From the NCBI GenBank assembly GCA_943704425.1, contig CALSCP010002017.1, positions 1 through 46,230 of the forward strand: a DNA stretch of 46,230 nt, written 5' to 3'. The position numbers and the translations under genes were made by a program. Numbering within the stretch: the stretch's first letter is position 1; the number at the start of each line of letters is the position of its first letter. The notes under the pieces were generated by a model. It was not told the origin of the DNA. It searched no databases and worked only from the letters and a program-made list of their open reading frames with translations. This document shows, in pieces, positions 24,634-36,000 of the stretch. The DNA comes from Ministeria vibrans ATCC 50519 (taxonomy: Eukaryota > Protista > Filasterea).

Positions 24634-27168
24634 GATCGGTTGTGAGTCAGATTGATCGTAATGGTTGGCTGGACTTGTCTGGCCAAAACCTGACTGCGAT
24701 CCCCGATGAGCTTCGAGCGGTGGCAGGGCGCATTGTTCGACTGAACGTGGAGAACAATCAGATCAGCGAACTTCCCGGTTGGTTGTGTGAAATGACGAAA
24801 CTGGAGGTGAGTTACATTCAACAAACAAAGACGAGAGTAAAATTGGATTGGTTTTCAGGTGCTCTGTGTTCGAAACAATCGGTTGACGCGATTGCCCCGA
24901 TCACTTTGTACACTGAGCGACAGTCTTATAATGCTCATGCTGTACGGAAATCCTTTGGAAACTCCAAAGGCCAGTGATGTGGCAGACGACAACTGGTGCT
25001 TCAGTACGAACGTTTGAAGAGAGATGTTGTGCTGACAGTTTTTTCATGCGTTTGTCTCACTTCGTCTTACTTCGGATGTGATTGGGTTGTCATTGATTGT
25101 GGTGTGAATTGTAGTTGGTAAGTTGAGAAAAGAGAAGAATGGAAGGGAGAATTGACTGACATTGGATTGTGATTGGGNNNNNNNNNNNNNNNNNNNNNNN
25201 NNNNGTTGGTAAGTTGAGAAAAGAGAAGAATGGAAGGGAGAATTGACTGACATTGGATTGTGATTGGGTTGTCATTGATTGTGGTGTGAATTGTAGCGAG
25301 TAAAACTTTCAACGAGAGCATTGCGCGCACGATTTTCGGGTTTTTTGTTTTGTTTTGTAGAATGGACTGCTTACACGAAAGAAGTGCTGAATGTTCTCGA
25401 GAAATCAGCCGCCCCTAAGTCTGTCTTAGCATATGCATCTGTCTGCGCCTTCCCACCGGTAGTCTCTTCTTTTTATTGTTCAATGGTCATCACTGCTTTT
25501 CTGTTATAGGCGATGGTTGTGGACACAGAATCGCCTCCACTGATCATTGCGGCTGCCTCTGGCGATATCAACACGGTCACGGCGCTGTTGGGTAAAGCAC
25601 CGGTGAGTCGTGATGCCAATGGTGCGACGGCACTGCACCATGCTGCGGGTGGAGGCCACGTGTCTATTGTGGAGCTGATTGCTCAGTCGTGTGTGGATGC
25701 CACTTCAGCGCGCGACTACAACGGCATGACGGCACTACACTGGGCGGCTGCTGGTGGCCACCTTGATTGCGTCAAACTTTTGTGCGCGACGTTCCATGCC
25801 GACCCGGCTATGCTCGATTTCCACAGTCGCAGCGCAGCGGATGTGGCAGCTGCTGGGGGTCACAATTCACTTGCCGCGTCGCTTACGCCTTCGCAGAAGA
25901 CACGTCACGTGCCTCGGTCGAAAATGTCGACATCAATGCGAAGCAAGACAGCAAAGGCCAGTACATACAAGGAGTGGGAGTGTTCGGTGTGCCGCAATGC
26001 GTTTGATCGGCTTGAGCGATCGCCACGGTCGCTGGCGTGCTCGCATGTGTTCTGCACGACGTGTCTGGTTGCGAATTCGCCTCGCGTGTGTCCCGTGTGC
26101 AAGGCTGGGTACGACAAGGTTGACGCGCTGACCGTGGCGTACGGGCTCATCACGCTTGCGGAGTCGAAGTCAAATGCAGCCGTGAATCCTGAGCCTTCAG
26201 CTTGCTGCACGCAGTGTTACAAGGTGAGTCTCGAGGAAGTCTCGAGTTTGCGGAAATTGTGACGCAAATACGTGCATGTATAGGGAAGGAATGTGGCGGT
26301 GGCGCATTGCATCACCTGTGAGACGGAGCTGTGCGAAATGCACGCGGACCGACACGCGGAAGAGCACCACGCTATCGAGGTGTTGAAGGGCACACCAAAG
26401 GTATGCGCTTTTTTTTTGTAATTGTGCTCACAACAACGTCGCGCGCTGACTTCGCTCTAGATCCCCACGAAACTTGTGTTGTGTCCACTTCTGGGGCACG
26501 GTGAGCCGCTGAAGCTGTACTGCCGGGACTGCGGTGTGCCGTTGTGCCATTTGTGTGCGTCGATGCATCATGTGGGCCACAGCCTGATTGAGTTACACAT
26601 TGTGGAGGGGTCGTTGGTGCCGGAGCTGGAGCAGACGGTGATGCGTGTGTGGGAGCTGGCTGATCGGTCGGTCAGTGCAGCAGCTCATGTGGCCGGAGTG
26701 TCGCAGCAAGTGGAGGAGAACCGAGGACGCGTGGCGGCGACGATTCAGGCGGCGATGCAACAGCTGCGGGACGCAGTAGATGCGCGGGAGAAGGAACTGC
26801 TTGAGCAACTGGACGAGTTTGCGCAGCGGAAGAGCAAAGTGCTGCGAAAGCAACACGAGCATTTGCAGCTGGAGGCGGGTCGGATGCGGAGCTCCTGCGA
26901 GCTTGTGAAGAGTGCACTTGAGGAGGGCGGAGTGCGACGGGCGCTGTCTCTGAAGTCGGAGTTGGACCAGTATGCGCGATCGAAGGAGGGAGAAGCGGGC
27001 GCGAGTGAGAGTGGGCAAGTGCGGTCGGAGTGGGAAGCTCGGACAGACGCTGTGCTGGACTTTCGAGTGGGCCCCGAGTATGGAGAGCTTGTGCGGAAGA
27101 TTAAGAGTGTGGGAGATGTGCAGCCGGTGGCAATGGCGGGCCGGAAGGGCAAGGGAAGGAAGAGGTGA
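24634..27168 (+). CDS. LRR-ankyrin-RING-Bbox-Bbox-coiled-coil (TRIM-like) E3 ligase; 5' end missing, LRR join inferred
   Basis: LRR: LDLSGQNLTAIP, LNVENNQISELP, LCVRNNRLTRLP, LMLYGNPL. ANK: GATALHHAAGGGH, GMTALHWAAAGGH. RING: CSVC...CSHVFCTTC...CPVC. B-boxes CTQC...CITC...CEMH and CPLLGH...CRDC...CHLC...HVGH, then a coiled coil. Confidence 0.75.
25078..25296. repeat. Intronic tandem repeat of about 90 nt, interrupted by an N-gap
   Basis: GTGATTGGGTTGTCATTGATTGTGGTGTGAATTGTAG and GTTGGTAAGTTGAGAAAAGAGAAGAATGGAAGGG each occur twice. Part of this may be gap-edge overlap. Confidence 0.6.
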
Positions 27169-27303
27169 ATGAAACAGAATCAACTTGTGTGTGAGTGAGA
27201 TATAAATCAAATTCCACCGTCAACCGCTCGTCATTTACACGTTAAAATCTTTGAAAAACACTTGGACAATCGCATAATTATGTCTTTACTATGAGATGGT
27301 AGT

Positions 27304-29153
27304 TCAGGCAACCACCTTTGCAACAATAGACACGTTTCCACGAATGTACTCGGCCGTATCAATGCCCCAGAAGGTAAGCTGGCTCTCATAGCCACCCACA
27401 ACGTACTCATCAGGGGTGCTAAAAAGATAAACAGATGCAGTACAGTGAATGGAGTGCCATTTTGAGTAGGTGGCAGTGAAAGAGTGAATGAGGATGAGTG
27501 AGAGAATGGCAGTGAATGGCAGTTTACCAAAAGTAGCCCATGTGGTTCTGAGAGTAACCCGCAAGCAGAGTCTGGTCAAATCCCATCTTCTTCATATCTA
27601 CCAGTAAGCCAATGAGTGAATGAGAAAATGAGTGAGTGAGTCCAATGAGTGAGTGAGTTGACAAGGGAGTGAGTGAGTGAGGTTGTGTATTAGTGTGTAC
27701 CGTCTCTCACTTGGAAGCCCAACTCACTGAGCGGCTCACCGGGCATTGTCACAAGCACTGTCGTTTTATCGGCAATCGTAAACTTGACAGCATTGAATTG
27801 CTAAACTCGCACACACACACACACACACACATCATGTCAGTCGCAGAGTGATGTGATATGAGAATAGTATTACCGGATCAATCTCGAGGTACTCCGAGCC
27901 CAAATGGACATTGAGATCACAGTCGAGGGCCTTGCAAATGGTGCAGACGTCGAGAGGACCGCCCGAGGAGCAGTTGAAGAACCGCTCCAGCGTAATGTTC
28001 TATAGGTCGCAAATCAAATTTCAAAAAAAAAATTAATAATAATAATAGTCGTAATAAGTTTTATGAGGTTATCGTTCGTGTACCATGTTGGTCTTTCCAA
28101 AGTTGACGACTTGACTGTGGCCTTCAAGTTTGACGTCGGGAGAGGCCTTGACTGACTTGCGCACTTCTCGGACCTTTGCGGCAATGATGGGACCACCGGC
28201 AAACGAGATGGGAGCACCGTCACACATACCATTACCGGGCGCAATGTCACCAGCGTCTGTCATATACAGGGTTAGGGTTGTCATTTGGGTCGTCATTAGG
28301 GTTAGGGTTTGTACCTCCATTGATGAACATGGCAATACCAACATCTTCCTTTGCCTCAAGGTCAATGTTCGCTGCCCCCATAATGTCAGCAGAGGATTTC
28401 TGCAAAGAAAAAAAAGAGCGTTCAGACTCACAACGCGAGCCACACATGCCGCTATGCTTTATACCATGTTGTCAGCGCTACCGCAAGTGCCGTGGATGGC
28501 AAAGTTCCAGACGGTGGCAATGGGTTTGCCGGTGGAGGCGTCGTCGACACGGATAATGCCGAGGTTAGGGTCGATGCTGAGGGAAGGTGTTGGGAAGAAG
28601 GGTAAGGTTAGAACTGTCACTAGGGTTAGGATTTTGGACTTACGAATCAGTGTTAACGTAAGGACTGATGTTGGCACGACGGTTGCGGGTCACGTTGAAA
28701 AGCTGACCAATGCCAATGCCCATGTGAGCGGGCTTCATGTTCGCCTGAGCCTCAACGAGCGAGCTCGCCTGACAACGCAAAAAGAAATGTAAAATATTGC
28801 ACACCTTGTGCACAGCTCTATTCATTTATCGTACCATCTTCTCCGCCATCTCTTGACGCACGGCAGGCACCAAAAGATCAGTGGCGGGCGCAAGAGCCCA
28901 AAGAAGCGCAGGGCTACACACAAAACAAAATGTCAGCGTCTGTTATTTTCTTGTTTTCTCGATTCTCTCACCTGAGAGCTCCCGGTCCCGAGTGCGTGTG
29001 ACTGCCGTGTGTCATAAAGTTAGCAAAGGGCGTGGTGAACCCTTGATCCTTGGCAATGTTGTACGCGCGCTCACGCAGTCCACCATCCGAACCTAAACAT
29101 AAAAAAATCAATCATAATAATCATAATCATAATCATAATCAATCATAATCATA

Positions 29154-29185
<32 letters not shown>

Positions 29186-29507
29186 CATCATCATAACCAT
29201 AATCATAATCATAATCATCATCACCATCATAATCATAATCATAATCATAATCATAATCATAATCATCATCATAATCATAATCATCATCATCATCATAACC
29301 ATAATCATAATCATAATCATAATCATAATCATAATCATAATCATCATAATAATCATCATATCAACAAGACGTCGTTTCGTCTTTCTGCTTTACCAATGGC
29401 ATCAATGGACATAAAGGCAAACGATTCCTTTCCGTCGCTGATCACAAGGGTGCGGCAGTACGTCCAGTCGAGGTGCCCCACCGATGGCATCATAAACGTC
29501 TGAACGC

Positions 29508-29547
<40 letters not shown>

Positions 29548-30067
29548 GTAGAGAAAGACGCGCAGACAACTGGATAAGTCTAGGATGAGGAGGAGAGGGT
29601 TGCAGCGGCAGACGCAGCGGCAAGGAGGGCGGTGCGCAGTGGGGCTGAGTGAGAGAAGCAACTTTGGGGTTTGGCTTACGGTGTACTCCGTTTCCTGGGG
29701 AACGGGCCAGTCCGGGACACGCCGGGGGCCGTGGTTGTACCCGGCAAGCGGCACACCCGTCGGCATGGTGCCTGCAAGAGCGACAAGTGAGATGTACCGT
29801 CAGAAAAAAGAAAAAGAACAAAAAAAAAAATCACAAGACGAGTCGAAAACGAGTCGAAACGCACACTTTCACGGGGAATACACAGGAAGTTCTATGAAAT
29901 GCGCCAACTGGGACGATAACTAAGGCATATAGGGGCGAATTGGGCGGTGAAAGAAAAATATTTCGCGTACAGTTCACACGGGCGGCACCAGCCATAAACA
30001 CGGCCGCAGAGGGTTGTGCAAGCATTGCAACACCAACAGCAACAAGGAGCACTGAGATAGTCTTCAT
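27304..30067 (-). CDS. Secreted neutral/alkaline ceramidase-like amidohydrolase (multi-exon)
   Basis: Signal MKTISVLLVAVGVAMLAQPSAA, then AGAARVNCT, GVPLAGY, SHTHSGPGA, NRR, WNFAIHGT, SADIMG, GDIAP, TMPGEP and GGYES. Confidence 0.8.
29107..29360. repeat. (ATAATC/ATC)n intronic microsatellite
   Basis: About 250 nt of ATCATA/ATC repeats inside a ceramidase intron. Confidence 0.95.
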
Positions 30068-30441
30068 TTTAAAAAAGTGTGGCTGACTCAAAATATTTTA
30101 CTCATTGTTTGGATTGTTTCAGTTTTGTAATCACACAACTGCTGTTACGTTCGCCGAATTTATTTGTGCAGCCTTTCTGGTGACTAGCCCACTCATCTCT
30201 GTGTTGGTCCGCGCCGACAGCGTGCGCTGTCGTTGGGCGATCACATTGACGCGCAGCAGAGAAATTCATCATCAGCACTTATTCTGTTGCCACAACACGC
30301 GCATGTTTCATCGATTAGGGATACCTTGTGATATGAAAAATCACTCACTTTACACTTAAGGACAGTGAAAAAAATACTCGAGAGAAGAAAACCAAACAAA
30401 TTTTCAATGAATCACAAATCCTATACGTATATACGTTCCGC

Positions 30442-32585
30442 TCAACACTCTGTGTCGCCTGCGACCGCAAAGAGCGACGAGAGCTCGGCAAAGGACGGCC
30501 TATCGTCGGCCCTAAAGGCAACACAGCGCACCATAATGTCGCGGAGGGACGGAGGCATGTGGGGTAGGGCGGGCAAGGGCTCAGGCGGCGAGCCATGGAG
30601 CTGCTTGTAGTAGAGTGGCTGGTATGGGAAGGGCTGTGCGCGCGCATAGACCTCCCACATGAACAAGCCAAACATGAAGACATCGCTCTTGGGTGTCGTC
30701 GTGCCCTGGTCCATTTCGGGCGCAGACGCTGGAGGGATGAGAGTCGCCGACGACTGCTGGTACCCGCACAGCGCAGCGTCCTTGTCATTCTCATATTCGT
30801 CTTCGTCCGCCACTGTCAGTTCGCGACACAGTCCAAAGTCACTGAGCTTTACAATGCGCTGACGCTCTGCACCCGTAAACACAAGACAGTTGCGTGCAGC
30901 CACATCGCGGTGGGCAAATCCCAACTCCCCAATAAACGACACAGCCGCGAGAATCTGCCGCAAAATGTTCTCCATGTCAGAAGGAAGCAAAGGATTGGCG
31001 GAGTTGCGCAAAAAGTCGACAAGAGAACCGCCGTCGGCGAGCTCAAAGACCAGGTGCCATTGGCGAGGAGTGCGTGCAGGCATGCACTTGGCAAGGACAT
31101 TGACAATGTGTTGATGTCGGAACTGCTCAACCATGTCAACCTATGGCAAAAGGGTTAGGGTTAGGGTTAGGGTTAGGATCGCAATGTATTCCGAGTGGGC
31201 CCCATAAGCTGCTTGAGTATGTGTTAAACGTCTGAATACAATTGTAAAGTTCATGTTTCGGTTAGGGTTAGGGTTAGGGGTAGGATTGAGGTGCGGGTTG
31301 CTGCTATATTGTATTGTTGTAGGTGATGGAGGTGGCATTACCTCCTTTCTAAAGTTGTACTGGGCATCTAGAGTGGTCTTTTTAAGAGTCTTGACGGCGA
31401 CGTCGTAGCAGGCGGTGTGAGAGGGATTTTGGAGGCGCCCCTGGACAACGACACCGTATTGGCCGCGACCAAGAACGACGGAGGTGAGCTCAATGCGCTC
31501 GGCGGCCACTTCTCCCTCGTAGGGCAGTGAGGCGGTGCTGAGACGCTTTGAGAAGGGCACGTAGCCGTCGTTGGCAACGTCCGTGGCGTGCGTAGGTACC
31601 ACGTAGCCTTCGTTGGCGACTTCGACGACAGCGACAGATCTAACGTAGTGTGCGTTGCTGTGCGTGTCGCTCAGCTGTGCATCACCCGCTGACGTCTGGT
31701 ACGCATCCGAGCGTGATTGCAAGTCTGAGGCAATCGCGTAGTCGTCGCTGCTGTTGTGGTCGTCGAGGAAGAAGGTCGAGCGGCGCGACTCACCACCCAT
31801 CAAGTGCAGGGGATTGGCGGCGAGTGACAGCGACGACGTTGAGCTGGACAGCTCAAAGTCCGCTTCAAGACGCACACTGTCGCGCCGCGATGCCTTCTTC
31901 CACAACATGAGATCCGTCTGTGACGGGTGCGAGCAGTCGCGGCGAGGTGCGCTTCCGAATGTTGTCGAGCGACGGTTGCGACGATGCAAAACATAAACAA
32001 CCACAAGAACAATAAGAAGGAGCAGGGCAACGGCTGCCACAACGGGCACAGTAGCGCCACTCATGCCACTGTTTGACTTGCCCTGCACCCCCGTCAGCGT
32101 AGGCGTGCACGTCTCGTTTGCGCCGAGCGTGAGTAGCGAGTTGAATCCAATCTCCAGTGAACCCGACATGGGCAAAATAAGCGACGCAAAGCCTGCCGAC
32201 GCATTTGTCCCAATGTACACGGTACTCGAGTCAACCAGCTACACATCAAAACCCCCCAGTGTGAGGGCTGAATGAGACAAGAACGCAAAGACCCGCAAGC
32301 GACGCAACCAGCGTCGCTCCCACCGTGCTCGTCAGTGTGATCGTCGACAGTGAGGNNNNNNNNNNTGAATGAGACAAGAACGAAAAAAAAAAAAAAACGC
32401 GAAAAGTTCAGAGGCGCGCTTATTCCTACCGATAGATTAGCGACAAGGCTGCCACAGGGTGGGTGGGGTGGCGCCCATGCGCCAGGAGTGAGCCACTGAC
32501 CGCCTGTCGAAGCTAAATAAACATTCGCAAGCGACACTCGCGGGAAGACGAACAGCGCCACAAGCAGCGCCACACGTAGCACCAT
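30442..32585 (-). CDS. Receptor tyrosine kinase with a short amnionless-like ectodomain
   Basis: Exons 32585-32430, about 32238-31342 and 31140-30442. Signal peptide, TM VPVVAAVALLLLIVLVVVYVL-HRRNRR, and kinase motifs LGRGQYGVV, VAVKTL, FRKE, HRDVAARNCL (TK-type catalytic loop), DFGL, APE and SDVFMFG. Confidence 0.88.
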
Positions 32586-33089
32586 GGCCTGGGGGGGAGA
32601 GGGCACAATGGTGGGGGGACAAAGAAAAAGTCTGCCGGGGTCTCAGGCCGTCATTCGGTCAGCAAATCAATCTGTGAATCAGCTCATTTGCACCACAACA
32701 CTTTTCATGGGAGTTCTGAGGTCACTTTGTGGTATATCGAAATCAGCTCAAAATCTTTTTTCTCAAACCTACGCGTGCGGCTTTGCCTTCGTTTTACATC
32801 AACCCCCTCTACCTCGCGACCATTTGCAACCTTTCGACAGGTACAGAGTCCGTTTTTGCGTTGTCTCGCAGTTTTTGATTCGTTTTTGATGACATTCTTC
32901 TCTGACACCCACTCACGGAACCCGCTTTCGTCTGACATGCACACCCCGTATGGGACTATGGGTAATGGGTTGAACTCGTTGCTGTTCTCTTTCCCTCCCA
33001 AAGTTTTTTCTCTTTCTCTCTCTCTCTCTTTTTGGCTTTTTTTATGTTTTTTTTTCGTTTTTTTTTTTTTTCGCTCTCTTTAGAACACA

Positions 33090-36000
33090 ATGCGTCTGGT
33101 GTTTGCGTTGTTTCTTGCGGTGTCTGCAGCAGTTGCGCAAAACCCCCGTATTGACACGGACAACGGGTCGATTTCGCTGCAGCCGGCTGTGGGAATGGGA
33201 ATTGCGCTGGAGACAGACTCGCTGACTTTTGGCGCGGGCGGCAACAGCGTTGCGCTGACCAAGGACTCTTTCGCGTCGCTGGCAGCCATTAGTGGGCGCA
33301 ATCTGTCGCACGAAGTGGCGTCCGTCAACGCCGAGGTGGCGACCCTCTCGAGCCGGGTGAGCACTGCGGAGACGTCGCTGGCGACCCTCGCGAGCACCAC
33401 CACGTCGCAAGGCAACAGCATTGTCGCCCACACCGCCGATATTGCCGCGCTCGGCAGCCGCGTGGTGGCGCTTGAGTTCAATGCGACGTCGGTGGCGTCC
33501 GAGCTCGACACGCTGACCACGGGTGTGTCCACGGCGCAGGCGGACATTGCGAGTCTCACGTCGTCGCTCTCCCGCGTCGATTCGAACGCCAACAGGCTTC
33601 AGGGCAACGTGACCACCCTCAAGATGGGTCAGTCAGGCCTGTCAAGCGATCTTGCCACGTTGGATGTACGTGTGGGCACGCTAGAGACCAATCTTGGACA
33701 AGTGCAAACCACAGTTGCTGGCCAGGCGACGTCCATCACCACCCTCGACTCGTCCGTGTCGCAATTGTCGTCGCGCACCGACCTAGTCGAGCAGCACCTG
33801 TCAAACTTGACGGCACCCGGTGGTGCGCTTGAAGTGCCTCAACTGGTGCTGCGAGTCGACGCACTTGACGACACAGTGACGCACCTGCGGACCAACACGA
33901 GCGCACAGTCGGCCGACATTGGTGCCAACGCCGCTCGCTTGGGGGTCGTCGAGACACAAGTCAATGTCAACACAGCCAACATCTCGCGTGTCGCCGATCT
34001 TTCTGAAGGGAACAGGGCTGCTCTGGCTGCACACGTGGCCCAGGCGGGTGTGGCTCACTCGTCACTCGATGTGCGTCTTACTGTGCTCGAGTCCAACGCC
34101 ACCTCCCTCGCGTCGTCGATCGACGCCCTCTCGTCGAGCATGACATCAGCCCAAGCGGACGTGTCTGTACTTACAAAGTCAATGGGTACGACACACACTC
34201 ACGTGCGTGAACTCAACGCAACCGTGAGTGCACTCAAGACGGATCTTTCGACCCTGTCAAGCGACCAGGCAGCACTGGACACTAGTCTGTTGCAGCTGCA
34301 AGGTACAGTGACATCGCAGGGCACGTCGATCACAACCCTCGACACAACTGTGGCACAGATCACATCGCGCACCGACACAGTCGAGCAGCACCTGGCCAAC
34401 CTCACGGCGCCTGGAGGAGCCCTCGAGGTCCCCCAGCTGGTGGTGCGTGTCGACGCCATTGACGCCACTGTCGACGATCTCGTGGCCAACAGCACAGTGC
34501 ACGCACGCGAGATTGCCGCCAATGTTGCGCGCTATCAGTCGCTGGAGCATGGTATCAATGTGAATGCGGCAAACATGAGCAACGTCAATCAGCTCGTCAA
34601 GAACAACGCGCTTGCCATTGCGACGCACTCGGCGCAGCTGAGCACGCTCACCAATGTCGACAATGGGTTCGCGTCGTCGCTCAATGCGCACTCGAACGAT
34701 CTCCAGGAACAAGGGAGTGAGATTCTCAACTTGCAGGTGAACGTGTCGACAATTGTGGACACGACCGAGGCGCAGTCGCAGCTCATTGCACAACAGGCTG
34801 CGCTCATTTCGCAGCAGCAACAAGTCGTCAGTGTGTTGTCGGGTGCCGTTGCGCAGATGAATGCCACGCTTGAGACGCTCTACGGGATCATTGAGACGCA
34901 AGTTGATCGCATTGATGCCCTGGAGAGTGCTCGTGCGACGCAGTCGACAGCACTGACTGCACTGCAAGGCACATTGAGCGAAACTGTGAATGTCGTTGCG
35001 ACCCACACGCAGAATATCTCCACGCTCTTTGACCAGAGCACCGCAACGCAGTTGGCTCTTTTGCAGCAGCAGACGACACTCAGCGGACAGATTACAACCG
35101 TGTCGAACGACTTGACCACGAGCAACAATGCAGTGCAGGCACTGACCACACGCGTGTTTGTGGTGGAGACGGAGACGACACTCAACAGTGAGTCTATTTC
35201 CAATCTGACGCTCGTCGACCAGCGTCTCCTGACCGAACTCGAATCGGGTGCGCTCAAGGGCCAAAAGGGTGATCAAGGAGTCGGCATCAAGGGTGACTCG
35301 GTCATGGGTCAAAAGGGAGAAAAGGGCGACTCGGTCAAGGGTCAAAAAGGAGCAGTGGGACCCACGGGAGACAAGGTCAGGAACAATTAAGAAAAAGAAG
35401 AGAGCAGAGCGTTCTAAATAGGGATGATGTAGGGTGTGCGAGGACTGGGCTTCAGCATTGCCGTTGTGTATGCAAGTGTGGGCGCGATGGTGACGGTGAA
35501 CCCCACAGGTGACAACGGGCTTGTGCAAGTCGGTGAATTTGCCCTTGTGCAGGGCTCGGGTGCCGATCTGTATGTGTGGGAAGGGAATCCGCCGACGGGA
35601 CAAGGGTGGCAGTACGTGGGTGATTTTGCGGGTGCAGACGGTATTCAAGGCCCAGCGGGACCCACTGGACCTGTCGGACCGGCCGGTCCAAAGGGCGAAC
35701 GGGGTGTGCAGGGTGCAGTTGGCGGAGCGGGTCCCACTGGACCAATGTAAACAAACAAAATGCTCCCGCTTTGATGGGAATGTGCTCTAAATGTGATGAT
35801 TTTGTTTTCCTCCAGTGGTCTCAAGGGTGAACCTGGCGTTACCGGTGATCAGGGCCCGCGTGGCTTTGAAGGAGGTATAAAAAAAAACTGATGATAGAAT
35901 GCACTATAACGGTGTGTGTGTGCGTATTTTTTCATAGCGCGTGGTCCGCTCGGGCCGACGGGCGACAAGGGCGCAAAAGGAGAAACGGGCGCTGGTGCAA

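Noticed and set aside
31151-31284. Chromosome end or telomere fusion
   Set aside because: There are only 3-4 repeat units, all inside a normally spliced intron of an intact gene.
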